A stretch of 64,000 nt of DNA from a candidate division WOR-3 bacterium (GTDB taxonomy: Bacteria > Hydrothermota > Hydrothermia > WGAB01): NCBI GenBank assembly GCA_015490555.1, contig WFXO01000033.1, positions 898-64,897 on the forward strand. Direction: 5' to 3'. The notes under the pieces are model-generated. The model was not told the origin of the DNA. It was given only the letters and a program-made list of their open reading frames with translations, and made no database searches. The position numbers and the translations under genes were made by a program. This document shows, one piece after another, positions 55,904-64,000 of this stretch (position 1 is the first letter of the stretch; every line of letters begins with the position of its first letter).

Positions 55904-56704
55904 GTGGAGATAGTGATGCAGTGGATCGAAACTGTCTTGTTGAAAATTGCAGGGACGAACCCTGTTTGGCAGGGTCTTGTGGGGGGTGTGGTGATTACGC
56001 TCTTGAATCTTGTGGGGGCGCTGGCCATCCTGGTTTGGCGAAACGTCTCACAGCGGTTCCTGGATGCAGCCCTTGGGTTTGCTGCCGGTGTCATGCTCAC
56101 AGCAAGTTTCACCAGTTTGATCCTACCCGGTGTCGAGGCAGGTGGCATTTTCCCGGTCCTGATCGGTATTGTGATTGGAGCGGTCTTGTTGGATCTTGGG
56201 GACCACCTGATTCCCCACGAACACTTCGTCCGTGGACACGAAGGTCGGGATGCAAAACGCATCCGAGGAGTCTGGCTGTTTATTATCGCGATCACGCTCC
56301 ATAACATGCCGGAAGGACTGGCCGTAGGTGTCGGTTTTGGATCCGGTGATTTTCACGCTGCGGTGACTTTAATGCTGGCCATCGGGATCCAGAATATCCC
56401 AGAAGGGTTGTCTGTCTCCTTATCGGCTCTCCATGCGGGTCTTGGTTCACGGTATTACGCAACGGTTGTGGGGATCCGTGCCGGACTGGTAGAGATCCCG
56501 TTGGCCGTCATCGGCGCTGCTTTAGTGCATTACATGCGCCCCATTTTGCCCTATGCCATGGGGTTCGCCGCAGGGGCGATGCTTTATGTCATCAGTGATG
56601 AGATCGTTCCCGAAACCCATCGCATGGGTCACGAACGGATGGCCACGTTCGGTACAATCCTCGGCGTCATGGTTATGCTGTTTTTAGATGTAACGTTAGG
56701 ATAA
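55904..56704 (+). CDS. zupT: ZIP-family divalent metal transporter (ZupT-like)
   Basis: HNMPEGLAVGVGF and IQNIPEGLSVSL motifs. 8 transmembrane helices. Confidence 0.8.
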   Translation: MEIVMQWIETVLLKIAGTNPVWQGLVGGVVITLLNLVGALAILVWRNVSQRFLDAALGFAAGVMLTASFTSLILPGVEAGGIFPVLIGIVIGAVLLDLGDHLIPHEHFVRGHEGRDAKRIRGVWLFIIAITLHNMPEGLAVGVGFGSGDFHAAVTLMLAIGIQNIPEGLSVSLSALHAGLGSRYYATVVGIRAGLVEIPLAVIGAALVHYMRPILPYAMGFAAGAMLYVISDEIVPETHRMGHERMATFGTILGVMVMLFLDVTLG

Positions 56705-56728
56705 GCCATTGAAAAAAGGAGTGAAAGG

Positions 56729-57757
56729 ATGAAGGCCGTTTATTTTGAACGTCACGGAGGGCCCGAAGTCTTGACCTTTGGGGATCTCCCAGATCCACAA
56801 CCCGGTCCCGGAGAGGTGTTGGTCCGACTCCAGGCCGTCGCTCTGAACCACCTGGATCTATGGGTTCGAAAAGGACTCCCCGGCCTGGAAATCGAGTTCC
56901 CCCACATTCCTGGTGCAGATGGGGCGGGCGTTGTAGAGGCCGTGGGCCCCGGGGTTCGTGATGTCCAGGTGGGGGATCCGGTCGTGATTAATCCCGGCAT
57001 CAGTTGTGGGGTCTGCGAGATGTGCCTCCTCGGTAAAGACAACCTGTGTAAACAGTATCAGATCCTTGGAGAGCATCGGAATGGCACGTATGCCCAAAAG
57101 ATTGTGGTTCCACGACAGAACCTTTTGCCGTTCCCTCGGGGCCTTTCTGTGGAAGAGGCTGCGAGTTTTGCTCTGGTTTTCCTGACGGCGTGGCAGATGA
57201 TCGAGAAGGCACAGATCCAGCCCGGCGACTGGGTCCTGATCATGGCTGCAGGTAGCGGGGTGTCAACGGCTGCGATCCAATTGGCGAAACTTAAAGGGGC
57301 CTTTGTGATCGCGACCTCCAGCCAGGAATGGAAACGCGAGAAGGCAAAGGAACTGGGAGCCGATGAAGTTTTGGACTACACCGATCCCGAATTCATCACG
57401 AAAGTGAAGCGCATCACAGAGGGAGGCCCTCAGGTAGTCATCGATCACACCGGAGAGGCATGGTGGGATGCTTTGTTGAAGGTTTTGGCCAGAGGGGGCC
57501 GGCTGGTGAACTGTGGCGCCACAACCGGGTACCAAGCCACAACCCACGTCCGACGGGTCTTCTTCCGACAACTCTCGATCTTGGGTTCGACCATGGGCAG
57601 CAAAGGTACCCTTTTCCGAATCCTCCGGCTCTTAGAAAAGGGCAAGGTGAAACCCGTGATCCACGACGTTTTGCCTTTGGAGAAGGCCCGGCAGGCTCAC
57701 GAGCGGATGGAGTCACGAAAGATTTTTGGGAAACTGGTCTTGACCGTCCCCGACTAA
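56729..57757 (+). CDS. Zinc-type medium-chain dehydrogenase/reductase (quinone oxidoreductase / ADH-like)
   Basis: GroES-like N-terminus (GPGEVLVRLQAVALNH.D), a GxGxxG-type AAGSGVSTAAIQLAK, and 342 aa. Confidence 0.8.
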   Translation: MKAVYFERHGGPEVLTFGDLPDPQPGPGEVLVRLQAVALNHLDLWVRKGLPGLEIEFPHIPGADGAGVVEAVGPGVRDVQVGDPVVINPGISCGVCEMCLLGKDNLCKQYQILGEHRNGTYAQKIVVPRQNLLPFPRGLSVEEAASFALVFLTAWQMIEKAQIQPGDWVLIMAAGSGVSTAAIQLAKLKGAFVIATSSQEWKREKAKELGADEVLDYTDPEFITKVKRITEGGPQVVIDHTGEAWWDALLKVLARGGRLVNCGATTGYQATTHVRRVFFRQLSILGSTMGSKGTLFRILRLLEKGKVKPVIHDVLPLEKARQAHERMESRKIFGKLVLTVPD

Positions 57758-58893
57758 ACTCTTCCAGACGCTTCGAGAATCTGGAAGTAGAGCGACTCCA
57801 CCTTTTCAGCGATCCGTTCCCAGGCATGGGCCCGGGCAGTTTTGAGCCCCTCTTCGACCAACCGGTGTTTTAACTGAGGGTCCTCTAAAACCTGTAAGAC
57901 TGCCTCTGCATAGGCGTGGGAATCTTGAACATTGACCAACAGGCCGTTTTGGCCATGGTGGATGACTTGACGATATCCAGGGATGTCCGATGCCACCACC
58001 GGGGTCCCACAGGCCATCGCTTCTAATAGCACAATACCGAAGGTCTCGCCCCCAATCGCTGGTGAGGTATAAATATCCGCCCATCGGTAGTATTGAGGAA
58101 GCCGCTCAGGTTCTACGAATCCGAGGAAATGGACGGAATCTTTGAGATGGGAGGGGACCAAACGTTGATAGGTCTCCAGGTGCCGGCCGGTGCCGATGGC
58201 CACCAATGTGGCAGATGAAATGCGTCGCTTGATTTCCCGAAAAGCCCGGAGGATCAGCGGAAAGCCCTTTCGGGGCTCCATGCGTCCCACAAAGAGAATC
58301 ACGGGTCTGGAAAAATCTTCTTTCGGTCGAGGGCCCTCAGGTGAAAACCTGTGGATATCTACACCATTTGGGATCACGACATACCGGCCCGGATAGTGGG
58401 GTTCCATCGCATCCTGAGCCACTCGAGACACCGCAATAAAGGTGTGAACCTTTTTGCTCCAAAACCGAAACACCAGTTTTCCCACGCGGTTCCAGTTGAG
58501 TCCCACAAAGGCCGTGTGGAATGTCGCGACTTGAGGTTTCGGACCATAGTGGAGGGCCAAGAAGGGCAAATTGAAGGCGAAAGGCCCGTGCGTGTGGACA
58601 ATATCGTAGGAATGATCCCGGAAAAAGGCTCGAACTTCAGAGGGAAGAGAGGGGGTGAAAGTTAGGGTCAGTTGCGTCGCATTAAGAAATGGGAGGGCAG
58701 GCAGGATGTGAACTTTCCCAACCCGATGAACCCACGGGGGATCTTGCCAATGGGTTGTACGGGGATAGCGCCCGGTGAGGATATGGACCTCGTGGCCACG
58801 GGCTCTGAGACTCAGGGTTAAATGGTGGAGGTGCTCGGTGACCCCTCCGGGGAAAGGATAATAAGCGTCAGAAACTTGAAGGATCCGAAGCAC
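57754..58893 (-). CDS. GT4-family glycosyltransferase
   Basis: GT-B fold. N-terminal YYPFPGGVTEHLHHL, C-terminal E..FGIVLLEAMA.G.PVVA. Confidence 0.75.
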   Translation of the reverse strand: MLRILQVSDAYYPFPGGVTEHLHHLTLSLRARGHEVHILTGRYPRTTHWQDPPWVHRVGKVHILPALPFLNATQLTLTFTPSLPSEVRAFFRDHSYDIVHTHGPFAFNLPFLALHYGPKPQVATFHTAFVGLNWNRVGKLVFRFWSKKVHTFIAVSRVAQDAMEPHYPGRYVVIPNGVDIHRFSPEGPRPKEDFSRPVILFVGRMEPRKGFPLILRAFREIKRRISSATLVAIGTGRHLETYQRLVPSHLKDSVHFLGFVEPERLPQYYRWADIYTSPAIGGETFGIVLLEAMACGTPVVASDIPGYRQVIHHGQNGLLVNVQDSHAYAEAVLQVLEDPQLKHRLVEEGLKTARAHAWERIAEKVESLYFQILEASGRV

Positions 58894-59379
58894 TCAGGTA
58901 TTCCGGGACTCACCCCGGATCTTTTCCAACACGCTGATGGTTTCTAAAAGGCTCATGAGAGCGTCCCAACCTCGGTTCCCGAGTTTCCCTCCAGACCGTT
59001 CCAGCGCCTGATCCAGGGTATCCGCGGTCACAATCCCGTACGCGATGGGGATTCCTTCCGAGAGTTGAACATGGACAACTCCTTTGGATACCTCGGCTGC
59101 GACGTACTCAAAGTGAGGGGTTTCCCCTCGGATCACACACCCGAGCGCCAAAAGACCGTCGTATTTCTTGTGGCGTGCCAAGGCCTGAAGAGAGATCGGG
59201 ATTTCCATTGCACCGGGCACCCAGAAGACTTCAAAGTTTTCTTTAGCACCACCGAGTCGAAGAAAGGCCTCATAAGCGGATTCCAGAAGTCGCTTGGAAA
59301 TCCGTTCGTTGAATCGGGAGACCACAACCCCGATCCGTTTCCCTTTCGCGGAGATAAACCCCTTGTGCTCAATCATCAT
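58894..59379 (-). CDS. ribH: 6,7-dimethyl-8-ribityllumazine synthase
   Basis: [11 protein letters not shown]...L..GA and the rest of the RibH pattern. 161 aa. Confidence 0.9.
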   Translation of the reverse strand: MMIEHKGFISAKGKRIGVVVSRFNERISKRLLESAYEAFLRLGGAKENFEVFWVPGAMEIPISLQALARHKKYDGLLALGCVIRGETPHFEYVAAEVSKGVVHVQLSEGIPIAYGIVTADTLDQALERSGGKLGNRGWDALMSLLETISVLEKIRGESRNT

Positions 59380-60601
59380 CCTGTCCTCCTAAATCAATCC
59401 AATGGCCCAGTTTTTCTTTTTTGACCTTTAAGTACGCCATATTTTCTTCGTTCGGAGACACAACAATCGGGACCCGCTCCACCACTTTGAGGCCATACCC
59501 TTCCAGGCCCACGATCTTTTTGGGGTTATTGGTCAGCAAGCGAATCGTGGTCAAGCCAAGGTCTCGGAGAATTTGTGCACCGACGCCATAGTCTCTCAGA
59601 TCTGGAGGAAATCCCAGCATATAGTTGGCTTCAACGGTATCGAACCCCTGGTCTTGAAGGGCATAGGTCCGGATTTTGTTGATTAAGCCGATGCCTCGGC
59701 CTTCCTGCCGCATATACAGAAACACCCCTTCGCCTTCGCGGGCGATAATCCGCAGCGCATTCCGCAATTGATCTCCGCAATCACATCGTAAGGAGCCCAG
59801 GATGTCGCCGGTTACACATTGGGAGTGAACGCGGACCAAGACATTCTCTTTGCCTTCCACGTCCCCCATCACCAGGGCCAAATGCACCTCTCCGGTCAGA
59901 GAGTCCTGGTAGGCGTGGACCGTAAATTCTCCGTAGATGGTAGGGAGGCGAGCGGACGCCGCACGCTTCACCGTTCGCTCTTTTTCTACACGATATCGGA
60001 TCAGGTCTTCAATCGTGATGATTTTGATGTTTAATGTCCGGGCGATTTCCACAAGTTTATCGAGATTTGCCATGCTACCGTCTTCGTCGAGGATTTCGCA
60101 CAGAACGCCTGCGGGTGGGAGCCCGGCAAGGCGGGCGAGATCCACGGCCGCTTCCGTATGACCCGCCCGCCGCAAGACCCCGCCTTTCAATGCCTTTAGG
60201 GTATAGACGTGACCCGGCTTTGCCAGGTCTTGTGGGCGGGTGCGGGGATCAATGGCGACGTGGATGGTGTGTGCCCGATCGTATACAGACGTTCCCGTGG
60301 TGGTCCCTTCTTTGGCGTCTATGGGGATGCCGAAGTTTGTTCCATGCTTGGAGGAATTCTCGATGGGCAAGTCTAACTCCAGTTCTTGAAACCGCGTTTC
60401 ATCGAGGGCCAGACAAATCAACCCCCTTCCCAATTTGCTCATGATATTCAGGTGTTCGGGGGTTACTTTACTCGCCGCGACAATAAAGTCCCCTTCGTTT
60501 TCGCGTTCTTCATCGTCCACGACAATCACCATTTTGCCGGCCTTGATATCCTCGATGGCCTCTTCAATGGTGGCAAAAATTTGGGTATTTCTCGGTGTCA
60601 T
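59369..60601 (-). CDS. ribBA: Bifunctional 3,4-dihydroxy-2-butanone-4-phosphate synthase / GTP cyclohydrolase II
   Basis: RibB block ([15 protein letters not shown]) followed by the RibA block (CDCGDQL, Zn Cys triad, ..[16 protein letters not shown]). It overlaps ribH by 11 nt. Confidence 0.9.
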   Translation of the reverse strand: MTPRNTQIFATIEEAIEDIKAGKMVIVVDDEERENEGDFIVAASKVTPEHLNIMSKLGRGLICLALDETRFQELELDLPIENSSKHGTNFGIPIDAKEGTTTGTSVYDRAHTIHVAIDPRTRPQDLAKPGHVYTLKALKGGVLRRAGHTEAAVDLARLAGLPPAGVLCEILDEDGSMANLDKLVEIARTLNIKIITIEDLIRYRVEKERTVKRAASARLPTIYGEFTVHAYQDSLTGEVHLALVMGDVEGKENVLVRVHSQCVTGDILGSLRCDCGDQLRNALRIIAREGEGVFLYMRQEGRGIGLINKIRTYALQDQGFDTVEANYMLGFPPDLRDYGVGAQILRDLGLTTIRLLTNNPKKIVGLEGYGLKVVERVPIVVSPNEENMAYLKVKKEKLGHWIDLGGQDDD

Positions 60602-60791
60602 GCCTAAATTATACGCCCCTCAGGTATCTTGATTTCCGCCTTTCCTATGGTCAAAAATTCTGGACTTGTGGAGATTTATGCTTTATGATTTGAAAGCCTC
60701 TCCAAGGAAACGGATAATCTTCTCCGATTTTTGACTGTCCTTGTCAAAATCAGATCGTAAGAACTGTGAGAATCAAACAGGAGGTGGTGTG

Positions 60792-64000
<3,209 letters not shown>

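Noticed and set aside
60602-60790. Expected FMN riboswitch upstream of ribBA
   Set aside because: I read the minus strand and found none of the conserved aptamer blocks. The -10 box abuts the start codon. Reported as a finding about its absence, not as a feature.

Overview
This is a 64 kb, high-GC (about 57-58%), tightly packed stretch of bacterial chromosome. Genes often overlap by 4-40 nt and few intergenic gaps exceed 100 bp. Most of the content is housekeeping: pyrD, purD, purA, leuS, cysS, rph, tmk, udk, acpS, lipB, ribBA/ribH, sufCBD, the ktrAB/trkHA potassium uptake pair, lptB-rpoN-waaA-rsmI, ligA, and two tRNA genes (tRNA-Ala CGC and tRNA-Arg TCG).

Three secreted proteins end in a type IX secretion (T9SS) C-terminal sorting domain: an M14 carboxypeptidase, a 1092-aa gingipain-like C25 protein, and a phospholipase D family protein. 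A PorQ-like outer-membrane barrel gene is also present. This places the organism in the FCB (Bacteroidota-related) superphylum, although its promoters have ordinary sigma-70 -35/-10 boxes. Three tRNA-modification enzymes typical of thermophiles are present: Trm1 (m2,2G26), which is rare in bacteria, TtuA (s2T54) and TrmI (m1A58).

The loci I would look at first are:
- a translationally coupled CDP-alcohol phosphatidyltransferase plus myo-inositol-1-phosphate synthase pair, a probable inositol-phospholipid operon;
- a single-ORF fusion of the HMP-P kinase ThiD with a CsaA/Trbp111 tRNA-binding domain;
- a PorQ-like gene followed by an uncharacterised 813-aa outer-membrane protein carrying ComEA-like helix-hairpin-helix motifs, sharing an operon with acpS;
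- two apparently leaderless promoters, at cysS and ribBA.

I found no CRISPR array, transposase, integrase or recognisable defence island. The many long ORFs antisense to real genes are high-GC artefacts.
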